Part shown: piece by piece, positions 11,477-22,608 of the stretch
Layout of the letters: the number at the start of each line of letters is the position of its first letter
Numbering within the stretch: the stretch's first letter is position 1
Assembly (NCBI GenBank): GCA_028824415.1
Contig: JAPPDX010000093.1
Coordinates: 11,370-75,369, forward strand
DNA from: a bacterium
GTDB taxonomy: Bacteria > Actinomycetota > Acidimicrobiia > Acidimicrobiales > CATQHL01
DNA: 64,000 bases
Direction of reading: 5' to 3'
The notes under the pieces: model-generated
Database searches by the model: none
What the model saw: only the letters and a program-made list of their open reading frames with translations
Told to the model about the DNA's origin: nothing
Program-made: the position numbers and the translations under genes

Positions 11477-11650
11477 CGTCCGGGCCCAGGGAGTGGCCCG
11501 TGAGTTCCGCACTGACCGCAGAACTAAGCAGAACATACCGATATATCATTCTTCACGGCCCGGGTAATTTCTTCGTAAGAGCAGCGTGGGGTCCGCGACC
11601 CCGCCGGTAGGCTCGCCCACGTTCGAGCGTCCAGACGTGGAGGGCCAACG

Positions 11651-12409
11651 GTGGCAGGAAACGGGCAAGACCCGGTGGTGGACACCGCAGCGGCGGCGCG
11701 TGCCGTCGGGGCGGTGAAGATCTACGGCAGCGGCGAGACCGAGGTCCGGGCCCTCGACGGCGTGGACGTGGCCTTCGACACCGGGAGGCTGACCACCATC
11801 ATGGGCCCGTCCGGGTCGGGCAAGTCGACGCTCATGCACTGCATGGCCGGCCTCGACGCCGTCACCGACGGGCGGATCTTCATCGGTGACACCGAGCTCG
11901 GCACCCTCAGCGAGAGGGAACTGACGCTCCTGCGGCGCCGGCAGGTCGGCTTCATCTTCCAGGCGTACAACCTGCTGCCGACCCTGACCGCGCTAGAGAA
12001 CATGACGCTGCCTATCGCCCTGGCCGGGGAGGATCCCGACAACGCCTGGCTCACCGAGGTGGTGGATGCGGTCGGCCTGGCCGACCGTCTCACGCACCGG
12101 CCCAACGAACTGTCTGGTGGGCAGCAGCAGCGGGTGGCCGTGGCGCGGGCGCTGGTGAGCCGCCCCCGCATCATCTTCGCCGATGAGCCGACGGGGAACC
12201 TGGACTCCCGCACCGGGGCCGAGGTCCTCGAGTTCCTGCAGCGAGCCTCCGAGCAGTTGGGCCAGACCATCGTGATGGTGACCCACGACGCCGGGGCCGC
12301 CAGCTACAGCGACAGGATCGTGTTCCTCAACGACGGCCGGGTCGTCGACGAGATGAGTGAGCCGACCGTGGACGGCGTGCTCGACAAGGTGAGGACCCTC
12401 GGTGCCTGA
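11651..12409 (+). CDS. ABC transporter ATP-binding protein (LolD/MacB type)
   Basis: GPSGSGKS, LSGGQQQR, IIFADEPTGNLD. Confidence 0.95.
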   Translation: MAGNGQDPVVDTAAAARAVGAVKIYGSGETEVRALDGVDVAFDTGRLTTIMGPSGSGKSTLMHCMAGLDAVTDGRIFIGDTELGTLSERELTLLRRRQVGFIFQAYNLLPTLTALENMTLPIALAGEDPDNAWLTEVVDAVGLADRLTHRPNELSGGQQQRVAVARALVSRPRIIFADEPTGNLDSRTGAEVLEFLQRASEQLGQTIVMVTHDAGAASYSDRIVFLNDGRVVDEMSEPTVDGVLDKVRTLGA

Positions 12410-12470
12410 GGCTCCGGGCAGGGGTCGCCGGGGCAACGACGCGCCACGCTCGAGAGGCTGAAGCGCCGCC

Positions 12471-15179
12471 ATGTTCCTACTCCGGCTCACCCTCAAGAAC
12501 ATCGCCAACAGGAAGTTCCTCTTCCTGGGCACGGCGTTGAGCGTCGTGCTGGGTGTCTCCTTCGTCGTGGGTGTCTTCATCGTCACCGACAGCCTGCGCG
12601 CCACCTTCGACGACATCGCCGACGACATCGCCGGATCGATCGACCTCAGGGTTCGCAGCGAGCTCGAATTCGGCGATCGACTGAACGCGCCCGAGGTGGA
12701 CCCCGCCCTGGCGGACGAGATCGCCGGGGTCGATGGGGTCGCGGCGGTCACGGGCGGTGTCGCCGCCTGGAACGTGGTCATCATCGACCCCGACGGCGAG
12801 CCGCTGCAATCTGTCGGTCCACCCCAGTTCGGGGTGAGTTGGTCCGACGAGGAGAACCTGACCGAACTGTTCCTGGCCGAGGGCCGGCCGCCGGCCGGGC
12901 CGGACGAGTTCGCCACCAACTCCGGAACCGCCGAGTTCGCGGATCTCACCATCGGCGAGACGTACCGGGTCAGCCTGCCCGACGGCACGCGCGCCTTCGA
13001 GCTGGTGGGCCTGGTGAACTGGGCCGACCCGGACGAGGACCAGTCCCAGGGTGTGCAGTTCTCGGTCTTCGACCTGGCCACCGCCACCGAACTGCTGAAC
13101 GGCGGAGGGGGCTGGGACGAGATCCTCGTGGACGTCGACCGGGAGGCCGACATCGCCACCGTCGCCGCCTCTCTCCGCCAGGCTCTGCCGGCGGGACTCG
13201 AGGTGCTGACCGTCGAGGAGGTCGCCGAGGAGCAGAGCGCCGAATTCGGCACGTTCATCACGATCTTCCAGAACATCCTGCTGGCGTTCGCGGTCATCAC
13301 GCTCGTCGTGTCGGCGTTCCTGGTGAACAACGTGTTCTCGATCGTCATCGGCCAGCGCATCCGGGAGTTGGGCCTGCTGCGGGTGGTCGGCGCCACAGGA
13401 GTCCAGATCCGGCGCTCGGTGCTCGGCGAGGCGGCGGTGGTGGGTCTGATCGCCACGGGACTCGGCCTGGCCGGGGGCATCGGCATCTCCGCAGCGCTGA
13501 AGGCCATCTTCGGCGCCCTCGGCGGCGAATTGCCCATCGATCCGCTGCTACTGACGGGGCGCACCGTGGGCGTGGCGTTCGCCGTCGGCGTGGGCATCAC
13601 CGTGCTGGCCGCGCTCTCGCCGGCGCTGAAGGCCCGGCGGATCACACCCGTGGAGGCCCTGCGGGAGGACGCCCGGCTCTCGAGCGCGGTCGTCGCCCGG
13701 CGTCCCGTGGTGGGCGGCCTGGCCCTGATCGCAGGGCTGGTGCTGCTGGCACTGGGCCTCGCCGCCCCCGACTGGCCGGCGCTCATCCCGCTGGCGCTGC
13801 TGGCCGCCATCCTTGCCAACTGGGGGGGCAAGCGGATCGTCTGGTGGGCCGGCAGGCTGGCGGTGGCCGCCGTGGGACTGGCGCTGCTCCTCACCACCGT
13901 GTTCGCGGATCTCGACACGACGCACCTGCTGGTGGCCCTCTGCATGGGCGTGCTGACGGTGTTCGTGGGCATCAACATGACCAGCCCCCTGTTCGCGCGA
14001 CCGATGGCCCGGGCGCTCGGCGCCCCGCTGGCCCGGATGGACGGCATGCCCGGGCACCTGGCGCGCCAGAACGCGGCCCGCAGCCCGCGCCGCACGTCCT
14101 CCACGGCCGCGGCCCTCATGATCGGGCTGGCACTCGTCGTGACCGTGAGCGTGGTGGCCGACTCGTTGAAGACCAGCCTCACCAAGGTGCTCGACGAGCA
14201 GGCGAACGCCGACTGGTTCGTCTGCATCGGCGACTGCACCGACCAGTTCAGCGGCTTCAGCCCCCGCCTCGGCGAGGACCTCGAAGCGCTGCCGGAAGTA
14301 GGCTCGGTGGCGACGTACCGCTGGCTGAGCGCCGCCTTCCGCACCCCCGACGGCACGGTGCACGGGTTGATGTCGGTGAACACCACCGAACTCGATGCGC
14401 ACGTGGACGTGAACCCGGTCGCCGGCGAGGTGAACGACCCGTCCTTCGGCGAGATTCTCGCCCACGTGGATCAGGCGGAGGAGTACGGGCTTACCGTCGG
14501 CGACGACCTCGCGGTCGAGATCCTCGGCGGTGAGCAGGTCACCTGGAGCGTGGCCGGCATCTACTCCGACAACGCCATCGTCGGTTCGTGGGTCGTGTCG
14601 CCGGACACCTGGCACCGCTACTTCGACACCAACGTGGACCAGTTCGTGTCGGTCCTGAACGCCGACGGCGTGAGCGAGGAGGCGGCCCGGGCGGCCATCT
14701 CGGCCTCGGCCGGCGAGTACCCGCAGGTGAACGTGCGCTCGCGCGCTGAATTCCGCGACGCCGCCGCCGACAACATCGATCAGGCATTGATCGTGGTGAA
14801 CGTGTTCCTGGGGCTCTCGCTGGTGATCGCCGTGCTCGGCATCGTGGCGACGCTGGCGCTGTCAGTGGTGGAGCGCACCCGGGAACTGGGGTTGCTGCGA
14901 GCCGTCGGAATGACGCGGGGCCAGATGCGCCGCATGGTCTGCTGGGAGGGTCTCGTCGTGGCCGTCTTCGGCGGGATCCTGGGGGTCGTTCTCGGAATCG
15001 CCTTCGGTGTGCTGGCGGCTGACATCATCCCGGACTCGGTCGTGAGCACGCTGTCCATACCCGGCGGCCAGATCATTGGCTACCTCGTCATCGCGGCGCT
15101 TGCAGGGCTGGCCAGCGGGATCCTTCCCGCAATCTGGGCAGGCCGCCTGAAGGTTCTGGAGGCCATCGGCTACGAGTAG
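12471..15179 (+). CDS. ABC permease, FtsX/MacB-like, duplicated architecture
   Basis: Two R.RELGLLR.VG motifs, many TM helices. Confidence 0.9.
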   Translation: MFLLRLTLKNIANRKFLFLGTALSVVLGVSFVVGVFIVTDSLRATFDDIADDIAGSIDLRVRSELEFGDRLNAPEVDPALADEIAGVDGVAAVTGGVAAWNVVIIDPDGEPLQSVGPPQFGVSWSDEENLTELFLAEGRPPAGPDEFATNSGTAEFADLTIGETYRVSLPDGTRAFELVGLVNWADPDEDQSQGVQFSVFDLATATELLNGGGGWDEILVDVDREADIATVAASLRQALPAGLEVLTVEEVAEEQSAEFGTFITIFQNILLAFAVITLVVSAFLVNNVFSIVIGQRIRELGLLRVVGATGVQIRRSVLGEAAVVGLIATGLGLAGGIGISAALKAIFGALGGELPIDPLLLTGRTVGVAFAVGVGITVLAALSPALKARRITPVEALREDARLSSAVVARRPVVGGLALIAGLVLLALGLAAPDWPALIPLALLAAILANWGGKRIVWWAGRLAVAAVGLALLLTTVFADLDTTHLLVALCMGVLTVFVGINMTSPLFARPMARALGAPLARMDGMPGHLARQNAARSPRRTSSTAAALMIGLALVVTVSVVADSLKTSLTKVLDEQANADWFVCIGDCTDQFSGFSPRLGEDLEALPEVGSVATYRWLSAAFRTPDGTVHGLMSVNTTELDAHVDVNPVAGEVNDPSFGEILAHVDQAEEYGLTVGDDLAVEILGGEQVTWSVAGIYSDNAIVGSWVVSPDTWHRYFDTNVDQFVSVLNADGVSEEAARAAISASAGEYPQVNVRSRAEFRDAAADNIDQALIVVNVFLGLSLVIAVLGIVATLALSVVERTRELGLLRAVGMTRGQMRRMVCWEGLVVAVFGGILGVVLGIAFGVLAADIIPDSVVSTLSIPGGQIIGYLVIAALAGLASGILPAIWAGRLKVLEAIGYE

Positions 15180-15217
15180 CCGGCCGGAGCGCGCCGGCAG
15201 GCCCCATACTTGTCGTT

Positions 15218-15691
15218 ATGCCGGTTGCACCGAGACTGTCGCTGAACCCCAAGCGCGCCGTGCTCGTGGGTCTCGTGGGCGTCGGCGCGGGGGTCGCCCT
15301 GGTATGGGGGATGAGCCGCCTGGCCAACACCGGCGACGTGACGGTCCGGCTCGGCGACGACACCTTCGAGGCGGGCGAGGCGGCCGAGATGAGCCGGGTC
15401 ATCGCCACCGACGGGCCGATCCTGTACGCGGACGCCGCCGGCGGGCGGCGCGACATCTGGTTGCAGCACCTCGGGGCCGACCCGGCGGGCGGCTGGTACG
15501 CCTTCGACGCCCACCGCCCGGGCGCGGGCCGGGAGTGCACCCTCGAATGGCAGCCCGCCGCCGCCGTGTTCGCCGACCCCTGCGACGGCACAGTCGTCGA
15601 GGCGCACGGCGAGGGCCTGCCGGGCTACGAGGTCCGCATCGAGGACGGCGCGTTGATCGTCGACCTCAACGCCGTCGGCGAGGGCGGCTAG
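15218..15691 (+). CDS. Membrane-anchored protein with degenerate Rieske-like segment
   Basis: TM helix; ECTLEW...FADPCDG. Confidence 0.65.
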   Translation: MPVAPRLSLNPKRAVLVGLVGVGAGVALVWGMSRLANTGDVTVRLGDDTFEAGEAAEMSRVIATDGPILYADAAGGRRDIWLQHLGADPAGGWYAFDAHRPGAGRECTLEWQPAAAVFADPCDGTVVEAHGEGLPGYEVRIEDGALIVDLNAVGEGG

Positions 15692-17922
15692 GGGACGACC
15701 CGCTCCAGCGGGGCCCAGGCCACCAGCAGCCGCTTCTCCCCCGCCTCGGGGAACCGCACGGTCACCTCGGCGTCCTCCCCGGACCCGCTCGCATCCACGA
15801 CCACGCCGACACCCCAGGCGGGATGGCGCACGTCGGCGCCGACCGGCAGTTCCGAGGCGTCGACACCAGGCGCCGGGTCCGGTGATTGCCCGGGCGTGCC
15901 GCTGAGCGCCTGTTCGACCTGCGCCTCCCGCCAGGCCTCCCGCCGAGCGTCGAAGGCGGAGCGGGAATTCGGATCACCGGGTTCCCGCCGACCGATGCGC
16001 GGGGTGCGCCCGGAGATCTCGTGCAGCAACTTGGCCGGGATCTCCTCGATGAAGCGGCTCTGCTGGTTGTACTGCGCGACTCCCCACATGGTACGGCGCT
16101 CAGCATCGCTCAGGTAGAGCCGCTCCCGGGCCCGGGTGATGCCCACATATGCCAGGCGGCGTTCCTCGGCCATCTCCTCGGGGTTGTCCAGCGCCTCGAT
16201 CGCCTGCATCCGGGGAAACATTCTCTCCTCCAGGCCGGTCAGAAACACCACCGGGAATTGCAGGCCCTTGGCGGCGTGGGCAGTGAGCAGCACGACCCGC
16301 GATCCGTCGGGGTCGAGATCGTCGGTCGCCGACACGAGAGCGGTCTGCTCCAGGAACTCGCCTACCTCCTCGGACTCACCGGCCAACGCCAGCAGTTCCG
16401 AGAGGTTTTCCAGCCGACCCTCGGCCTCCATGCTTCCCTGTTCCATCTCCTCTTGCAGTTCCTCCAGGTAGCCGCTGCGGGTCAGGAGGAATTCCAGCAC
16501 CCCTTCTGGACCCTCGGCGAGCCGGCCGGCGGCCTCGTCCAGCAGGGTCGTGAAACCCTCGATACCCGCCAGCGCCGCGCCGCTCGCGCCCGCCTCGGAG
16601 GGCCGTCGTAGCGCCTCGCTGAACGGCAGCCCGGTGCTCGCCGCCCAGGCATCGAGTCGTTCAACAGAACGGTCGCCGACGCCGCGTCGGGGCACATTCA
16701 AGACCCGCTTGAGGCTCACCTCGTCACCCGGGTTCACGGCGGCTCGCACGTACGCCAGAGCGTCACGCACTTCGCGCCGGTCATAGAAGGCCGTGCCGCC
16801 GACTACCTGGTAGGGCAGGTCCTCCGCATTCAGCGCCGTCTCGAGCGCACGGCTCTGGGCGTTGATCCGGTAAATCACAGCGAAGTCGCTGAGCGCACGC
16901 CCGTCGGTGGCCAGCCGCTGGATCTCACGCACCACCCAGCGGGCCTCGTCATCCTCGTCGGCGGCGCGGTACCAGACGATGCGCCCGCCCCGCTCGGCAT
17001 CGGTCCAGAGCCTCTTGGGATGGCGGTCCACGTTGTTGGCGATCACCGCGTTGGCGGCGTCCAGCACGTTCTGCGTGGAGCGGTAGTTCTGCTCCAGGAG
17101 AATCACCGTCGTGTCCTCGAAGGCGCGCTCGAATTCCAGGATGTTGCGCATGGTGGCGCCGCGGAAGCGGTAGATGGACTGGTCCGCGTCGCCTACCACA
17201 AAAACGTTGCGATGCCTGGCCCCGAGCATCAGCACGATCTCATTCTGCGCCCGGTTGGTGTCCTGGTACTCGTCCACCAGGACGTGCTGGAAGCGCTCCT
17301 GGTAGCGGGCCAGCACGTCGGGGTGCTCCCGGAACAGGCGGACCACCAGCACCAGCAGGTCGTCGAAGTCCATAGCTCCGGCGCGTTGCAGGCGGCGCTG
17401 GTACTCCGTGTAGACCAAGGCGGTGTGCTCGAGGTGGCGATCCTTGCCGGCTACGGACTCGGCGTAGTCGAGAGGTTCGACCATATCGTTCTTGGCGGAA
17501 CTGATACGGCTGTGGAAAGCGGCGGCTGCCGAGCGGTGCGCGCCCAAATTCAGATCAGCCATGACGTAGCGCGTCAGGCGGACCGAGTCGGACTGGTCGT
17601 AGATGCTGAAGCCAGCGGGATAGCCCACCCGCTCGGCCTCGACGCGCAGGATGCGGGCGCAGGCCGAGTGGAAGGTGCGCACCCACATGCGCTCCGCCAC
17701 CGGGCCGACCAAGTCAACCACCCGGGCGTGCATCTCCTCGGCGGCCTTGTTGGTGAAGGTGATGGCCAGGATGGCGAACGGCGAGACGCCCCGTTCGGAG
17801 ATTAGGTGGGCGATGCGGTGTGTGAGCACCCGCGTCTTGCCCGACCCGGCGCCGGCGCTGACGAGCAGCGGGCCGCCGGTGTGCAGGACGGCGTCGTACT
17901 GGGCGGGGTTCAACGGCGCCAT
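15688..17922 (-). CDS. pcrA: ATP-dependent DNA helicase PcrA/UvrD
   Basis: AGAGSGKT, LVDEYQDTN, EQNYRST, EERRLAYVGITRA, C-terminal Tudor-like HPAWGVG. Confidence 0.95.
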   Translation of the reverse strand: MAPLNPAQYDAVLHTGGPLLVSAGAGSGKTRVLTHRIAHLISERGVSPFAILAITFTNKAAEEMHARVVDLVGPVAERMWVRTFHSACARILRVEAERVGYPAGFSIYDQSDSVRLTRYVMADLNLGAHRSAAAAFHSRISSAKNDMVEPLDYAESVAGKDRHLEHTALVYTEYQRRLQRAGAMDFDDLLVLVVRLFREHPDVLARYQERFQHVLVDEYQDTNRAQNEIVLMLGARHRNVFVVGDADQSIYRFRGATMRNILEFERAFEDTTVILLEQNYRSTQNVLDAANAVIANNVDRHPKRLWTDAERGGRIVWYRAADEDDEARWVVREIQRLATDGRALSDFAVIYRINAQSRALETALNAEDLPYQVVGGTAFYDRREVRDALAYVRAAVNPGDEVSLKRVLNVPRRGVGDRSVERLDAWAASTGLPFSEALRRPSEAGASGAALAGIEGFTTLLDEAAGRLAEGPEGVLEFLLTRSGYLEELQEEMEQGSMEAEGRLENLSELLALAGESEEVGEFLEQTALVSATDDLDPDGSRVVLLTAHAAKGLQFPVVFLTGLEERMFPRMQAIEALDNPEEMAEERRLAYVGITRARERLYLSDAERRTMWGVAQYNQQSRFIEEIPAKLLHEISGRTPRIGRREPGDPNSRSAFDARREAWREAQVEQALSGTPGQSPDPAPGVDASELPVGADVRHPAWGVGVVVDASGSGEDAEVTVRFPEAGEKRLLVAWAPLERVVP

Positions 17923-18018
17923 CGCGGGCACCCTACCGGTGCCTGCTGACAGCGCCCTGCCGCCGGACTCCTGGGCCCGATGCGGGGAGCCACGGGGGTC
18001 GGCGGTACCATCGGCGCC

Positions 18019-19623
18019 GTGACCGAGGCAGCGAACCAGCCCGACGACGCGACGGCTCTCGACGACGCGACCGGCGACCGGGCTGAACCCGAACAACCCG
18101 CAGGGACCCCGTCCGAAGCCCCCGCCGAGCGACCGGCGGACGAGCAGGCCGCTGACGAGGCCGGCGAGCCGGCGGCCGAGGAAGCATCAGAGGAACCAGC
18201 GGCCGAACCAGAGGTCCAAGAAGCCGCGGCCGAGGAACCCGCAGAGGAACCAGCAGCCGAAGAACCGACAGCCGAGGAGCCAGCAGAGGAACCGGCAGCC
18301 GAAGAACCGACAGCCGAGGAACCGGCAGAGGAACCAGCAGCCGAAGAACCAGCGGCCGAGGAGCCAGCAGAGGAACCAGCAGCCGAGGAACCGGCGGCGG
18401 AGGAGCCCGCAGAGGAACCAGCGGCCCAGGAGCCGGCGGACGCGGGCTCCGCCGACGAGACGCCTGCCGAACCCGCCCCCGAGGAGCCTGCGGAGGCCGT
18501 TGCCGCGCCGCAGCCTGGCGGCGAGAGCGACCGATCCCCGCCCGAGACATCCGCCGCCCCCGAGCCTGGCTCCGGGATCGGCACCCCGATCCCGTCGGCC
18601 GCCACGACCGGCGGGTTGAACAGCGGCGACATCGTCTCGGGCGTCGTCAAGACGGTTGACCGCCGTGAGATCGAACTGGATCTGGGCTCGGGGCGCGTCG
18701 GCGTGGTCGGGAGTCGCCACTGGACAGCAGGACTCGACGTGGACCTCGCCGGCGAGGTGCAGGTCGGTGACACCGTCGAGGCGGCGGTCCTGGTCCGCGA
18801 GGACCACAAGCAGCGCATCGTGCTCTCCCGGAGTTGGGGACGCCAGCAGAAGGCCTGGGATCTTGCCGAGAGCGCCCGCAAGACCGGCGAGATCATCTCC
18901 GGCACCGTGACCGATGCCGTCGCGGCCGGTCTCACCGTGGACATCGGCATCCGGGCATTCGTGCCGGCCTCGATGGCGGGTGACGACGACCTCGAAGCGC
19001 TCGTGGGCACCGAGGTGGAGTGCAAGGTCACCGAGGTGAACCAGCTCAAGGGCCGCTGCATCCTGTCCCGCAAGGCAGCGCTGCGCACCCGCGACCGGCA
19101 GGCCGCCCGCAAGCGCCTCACCGAGCTGTCCCCCGGCACGACGGTGCGCGCCCGGGTGACGAAGGTCGAGGACTTCGGGGCGCTGGTGCTGGCCGAGGGA
19201 AACCTCCGGGGCCGGATCCGCCGGAGCGAGCTGAGCTGGTTCCGGGTGCGCCGACCCGGCGACGTCGTGGCGGTCGGGGACGAGGTGGAGGCCGTCGTGC
19301 TGCACACCGCTCCCGCCAAACTGAACCTCGACCTGTCACTGCGGATCGGCGAGGACCCCCTCAAGGCGATACGTCCGGGCGAGCGGCACCAGGCGACCGT
19401 CGTCTCGCTCGCCCCGTTCGGGGCGTTCGTGACCGTCGGCGACGGGATCAGGGGGCTGGTGCCGACCGCCGAACTCGCCGAGAACCCCATCCGCCATCCA
19501 CGGGAGGTGGTCGTCCCCGGCGACAGCATCCTGGCCGAGGTCACCAAGGTGGACCGCCAACGCCGTGATCTGGAGTTCTCGGTGAACCTGGCGGTGCTGG
19601 TGCGCCCCTCCGATCAGGCCTGA
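18019..19623 (+). CDS. Divergent ribosomal protein S1-like protein (four S1 domains) with long acidic N-terminal repeat
   Basis: [21 protein letters not shown]...[13 protein letters not shown]; GTG 7 nt after TACCAT. Confidence 0.8.
   Translation: MTEAANQPDDATALDDATGDRAEPEQPAGTPSEAPAERPADEQAADEAGEPAAEEASEEPAAEPEVQEAAAEEPAEEPAAEEPTAEEPAEEPAAEEPTAEEPAEEPAAEEPAAEEPAEEPAAEEPAAEEPAEEPAAQEPADAGSADETPAEPAPEEPAEAVAAPQPGGESDRSPPETSAAPEPGSGIGTPIPSAATTGGLNSGDIVSGVVKTVDRREIELDLGSGRVGVVGSRHWTAGLDVDLAGEVQVGDTVEAAVLVREDHKQRIVLSRSWGRQQKAWDLAESARKTGEIISGTVTDAVAAGLTVDIGIRAFVPASMAGDDDLEALVGTEVECKVTEVNQLKGRCILSRKAALRTRDRQAARKRLTELSPGTTVRARVTKVEDFGALVLAEGNLRGRIRRSELSWFRVRRPGDVVAVGDEVEAVVLHTAPAKLNLDLSLRIGEDPLKAIRPGERHQATVVSLAPFGAFVTVGDGIRGLVPTAELAENPIRHPREVVVPGDSILAEVTKVDRQRRDLEFSVNLAVLVRPSDQA
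18163..18438 (+). repeat. Coding tandem repeat [14 protein letters not shown]
   Basis: Repeated GA(G/A)GA(A/G)CCNGCN units. Confidence 0.9.
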
Positions 19624-19644
19624 CCCGAGCGGGGGTGGATCAAC

Positions 19645-21198
19645 TCACTCCCACTCGATGGTGCCGGGAGGCTTGGACGTGATGTCGTAGACCACCCGGT
19701 TGACGCCGGGCACCTCGGCCACGATCCGCCCGGCCATGGTCTCCAGCACGTCGTAGGGCAGGCGCGCGAAGTCGGCGGTCATGGCGTCGGCGCTGGTGAC
19801 GGCGCGGATCACGATCGGGTGGCCGTAGGTGCGCTCGTCTCCCATGACGCCCACCGAGCGAACCTCCAGTAGCACCGCCAGAACCTGCCAGACCTCCCTG
19901 TCCAGCCCCGCGCGGCGGATCTCGGCACGCACGATGGCGTCCGCGGCGCGCACCGTCTCGACCCGTTCGGGCGTGATCTCGCCGACGATGCGCACAGCCA
20001 AGCCCGGACCGGGGAACGGGTGTCTCCACACCACCTCGGGCGGCAGGCCGAGTTGCTCTCCGACCAGCCGCACCTCGTCCTTGAACAGGTCCCGCAGCGG
20101 TTCGACGAGTTCCAGGTCCATGTCGTGGGGAAGCCCGCCGACGTTGTGGTGGCTCTTGATGCGGGCGGCCACGTCGCCGCCCGACTCGATGACGTCGGGA
20201 TACAGGGTGCCCTGCACGAGGTAGTCGACCTCGCCGAGTGCCCTCGCCTCTGCCTCGAAGACGCGGACGAACAGCTCGCCGATGATGCGACGTTTCGCCT
20301 CGGGCTCGCTGACACCGGCGAGCGCTGCCAGGAACCGCTCGGAGGCGTCCACGAACACCAGCCCGTCACCGCTGAACACGTCGCGCACCTGTTGCGCCTC
20401 GCCGGCGCGCATGAGCCCGGTGTCGACGAACACGCTGGTGAGACGATCGCCGATGGCCCGTCGCACCAGCGCCGCCGCAACCGCCGAATCAACACCACCG
20501 GAGAGCCCGCAGACCGCCCGGCCCCCGCCCACCTGCGCCCGGATCGAGGCAATCGAGGTCTCGGTGATGCAGTCCGGCGTCCACGCCGGGGCGCACCCAC
20601 ACGCCTCGTACAGGAAGTTCTGAAGCATCTGCTGGCCGTGGGGGGTGTGCGCCACCTCGGGATGGAACTGAACACCGAACACACCGCGGGCGGGATGCTC
20701 GAATGCCGCGGCGGGCGCGTCGGCGGTGACCGCTGTCACCGCTGCGCCTTCGGGAGGCCGCACGACGGCATCCCGGTGGCTCATCCAGACCTGCTGGGCG
20801 GACGGCAGATCGGCGGAGACGACCTTGCCGGGCCCGGTCACGTGAAGCTCCACCCGCCCGTACTCCGCCAGGCCGCTGCGGTCCACCTTGCCACCCAGTT
20901 CGTGCGCCAAGAGCTGCGCCCCGTAGCAGATGCCGAGCACCGGAATTCCGAGAGAGAGGATCTCGGGGTCGAGGCGAGGGGCGCCCGCGGCGTGCACCGA
21001 CTCGGGACCGCCGCTCAGAATCAGCCCTGCGGGCTGCCGGCCGCGCACCCGCGCCGCGCTGATGTCGTGCGACACGATCTCGCTGTAGACACTTGCCTCG
21101 CGCACCCTGCGGGCGATCAGCTGGGCGTACTGGGCGCCGAAGTCCACCACCAGCACACCCCCGGCGCGCTGGCCGGCGCCGCCACCGGCCACTGTCAC
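19645..21198 (-). CDS. guaA: GMP synthase (glutamine-hydrolysing)
   Basis: [36 protein letters not shown]; GTGA overlap with the upstream stop. Confidence 0.97.
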   Translation of the reverse strand: MTVAGGGAGQRAGGVLVVDFGAQYAQLIARRVREASVYSEIVSHDISAARVRGRQPAGLILSGGPESVHAAGAPRLDPEILSLGIPVLGICYGAQLLAHELGGKVDRSGLAEYGRVELHVTGPGKVVSADLPSAQQVWMSHRDAVVRPPEGAAVTAVTADAPAAAFEHPARGVFGVQFHPEVAHTPHGQQMLQNFLYEACGCAPAWTPDCITETSIASIRAQVGGGRAVCGLSGGVDSAVAAALVRRAIGDRLTSVFVDTGLMRAGEAQQVRDVFSGDGLVFVDASERFLAALAGVSEPEAKRRIIGELFVRVFEAEARALGEVDYLVQGTLYPDVIESGGDVAARIKSHHNVGGLPHDMDLELVEPLRDLFKDEVRLVGEQLGLPPEVVWRHPFPGPGLAVRIVGEITPERVETVRAADAIVRAEIRRAGLDREVWQVLAVLLEVRSVGVMGDERTYGHPIVIRAVTSADAMTADFARLPYDVLETMAGRIVAEVPGVNRVVYDITSKPPGTIEWE

Positions 21199-22358
21199 AG
21201 CCCCATGCCAACGCCCTGGTGGTGCTGCAGGGCCTTCCCCTCGGTGGCGATCGACGGCGCCACCATCACGTCGGCCTTCTGAAGTTCCTTGAGGGTGGCA
21301 TAGCCGCTGGCCGCCATGGTGGTGGCCAAGGCCCCGAACAGGTTGCTGCGTCCGTCGGCCTCCCGGGCGGGTCCCAGCAGGATCTCCTCCAGCGAGGCGC
21401 GCCGGCCCACGTGCACACGTGCGCCGCGCGGCAGCGCCGCGTGCGGTGTCGCCATGCCCCAGTGGTAGCCGCCGCCGGGGGCCTCGTCGGCCGCCGCCAG
21501 CGGGGATCCCAGCATGACGGCGTCGGCGCCACAGGCAACGGCCTTCGCAATGTCGCCGCCGGTCGCCATGCCGCCGTCGGCGATGAGGTGAACGTAGACC
21601 CCGGTCTCGTCGAGGTGGCGCATGCGGGCGGCCCGCACATCGGCAATGGCGGTCGCCTGGGGCACGCCGATGCCCAGCACGCCGCGTGAGGTGCACGCCG
21701 CGCCCGGCCCCACGCCCACCAGCACTCCGGAGGCGCCGGTGCGCATCAGGTGCAGGCCGGCCTCGTAGCTGGCGCAGCCGCCGACCACGACCGGCATGGG
21801 CAGTTCGCGTACCACCTTCTTGAGGTTCAGCGGTTTGCGGGCCTTGGACTTGTGCTCGGCGGTCACGACCGTGCCCTGGATCACCAGCAGGTCGACCTCG
21901 GCGGTGGCCAGATGGTCGAGGAGCTTCCTGGCTCGTTGCGGCGTCACAGCCGCGCTGACGAGCGCGGCGTGCTCCCTCATCTGGCGCACCCGCTCGCCGA
22001 TCAACTCGGGAATGACAGGGGGCGCGTAGACCTCCTGCATGCGGGCCGTCGCCTCGTCGGCGGGCGCGTTCAGAATCGCCTCGAAGGCCGGCGCCGGGTC
22101 CTCGTAGCGAGTCCACAGGCCCTCGACGTTCAGCACGCCGATGCCCCCCAGCTTGCTGATGAGCCCCGCCGTCTCGGGCGACACCACGCTGTCCATCGCA
22201 GAGGCCAGCAGCGGCAACGGCAGGCGGTAGGCGTCGATCTCCCAGGAGATGTCCACGTCGTCGGGATCGCGGGTGCGCCTGGCCGGCACGATGGTGATCT
22301 CGTCGAGCCCGTAGGCCCGACGGCCGCTCTTGCCGAAACCGATCTCAATGTCCGCCAC
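21195..22358 (-). CDS. guaB3: GuaB3 family IMP dehydrogenase-related protein
   Basis: [42 protein letters not shown]; GGAGG SD. Confidence 0.9.
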   Translation of the reverse strand: MADIEIGFGKSGRRAYGLDEITIVPARRTRDPDDVDISWEIDAYRLPLPLLASAMDSVVSPETAGLISKLGGIGVLNVEGLWTRYEDPAPAFEAILNAPADEATARMQEVYAPPVIPELIGERVRQMREHAALVSAAVTPQRARKLLDHLATAEVDLLVIQGTVVTAEHKSKARKPLNLKKVVRELPMPVVVGGCASYEAGLHLMRTGASGVLVGVGPGAACTSRGVLGIGVPQATAIADVRAARMRHLDETGVYVHLIADGGMATGGDIAKAVACGADAVMLGSPLAAADEAPGGGYHWGMATPHAALPRGARVHVGRRASLEEILLGPAREADGRSNLFGALATTMAASGYATLKELQKADVMVAPSIATEGKALQHHQGVGMGL

Positions 22359-22395
22359 CGCTGCGCACCTCCCTCCGCGGAGCATAGGCAGCGCA

Positions 22396-22595
22396 CCAGC
22401 CCAACGGCGGAACCCTCCGGCGCCAGCCCAACGGCGGAACCCCGGCACCAGCCCACACCACGCGGGCCATCGCCGGCCACAAGCGCGCCAGGGCGGGGAC
22501 GCCGGGGGGCGACCGGCGGAGCGATTTCGCCAGACGCTCCCGCCGGCGGCCACCGGCGGCCCCGCCCGGACACCCCCGGACACGCCCGGACACGC
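22396..22595. repeat. Intergenic short tandem repeats
   Basis: ccagcccaacggcggaaccc twice (22396, 22423) plus a partial copy; cccggacac three times (22565-22593). Confidence 0.75.
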
Positions 22596-22608
22596 GAGGG
22601 CGCGGAGG

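Noticed and set aside
18163-18438. Regular repeat array as a possible CRISPR
   Set aside because: In-frame coding repeat with no unique spacers and no cas genes
22396-22455. Two 20-bp direct repeats as a mini-CRISPR
   Set aside because: Spacers of only about 7 bp and two full copies
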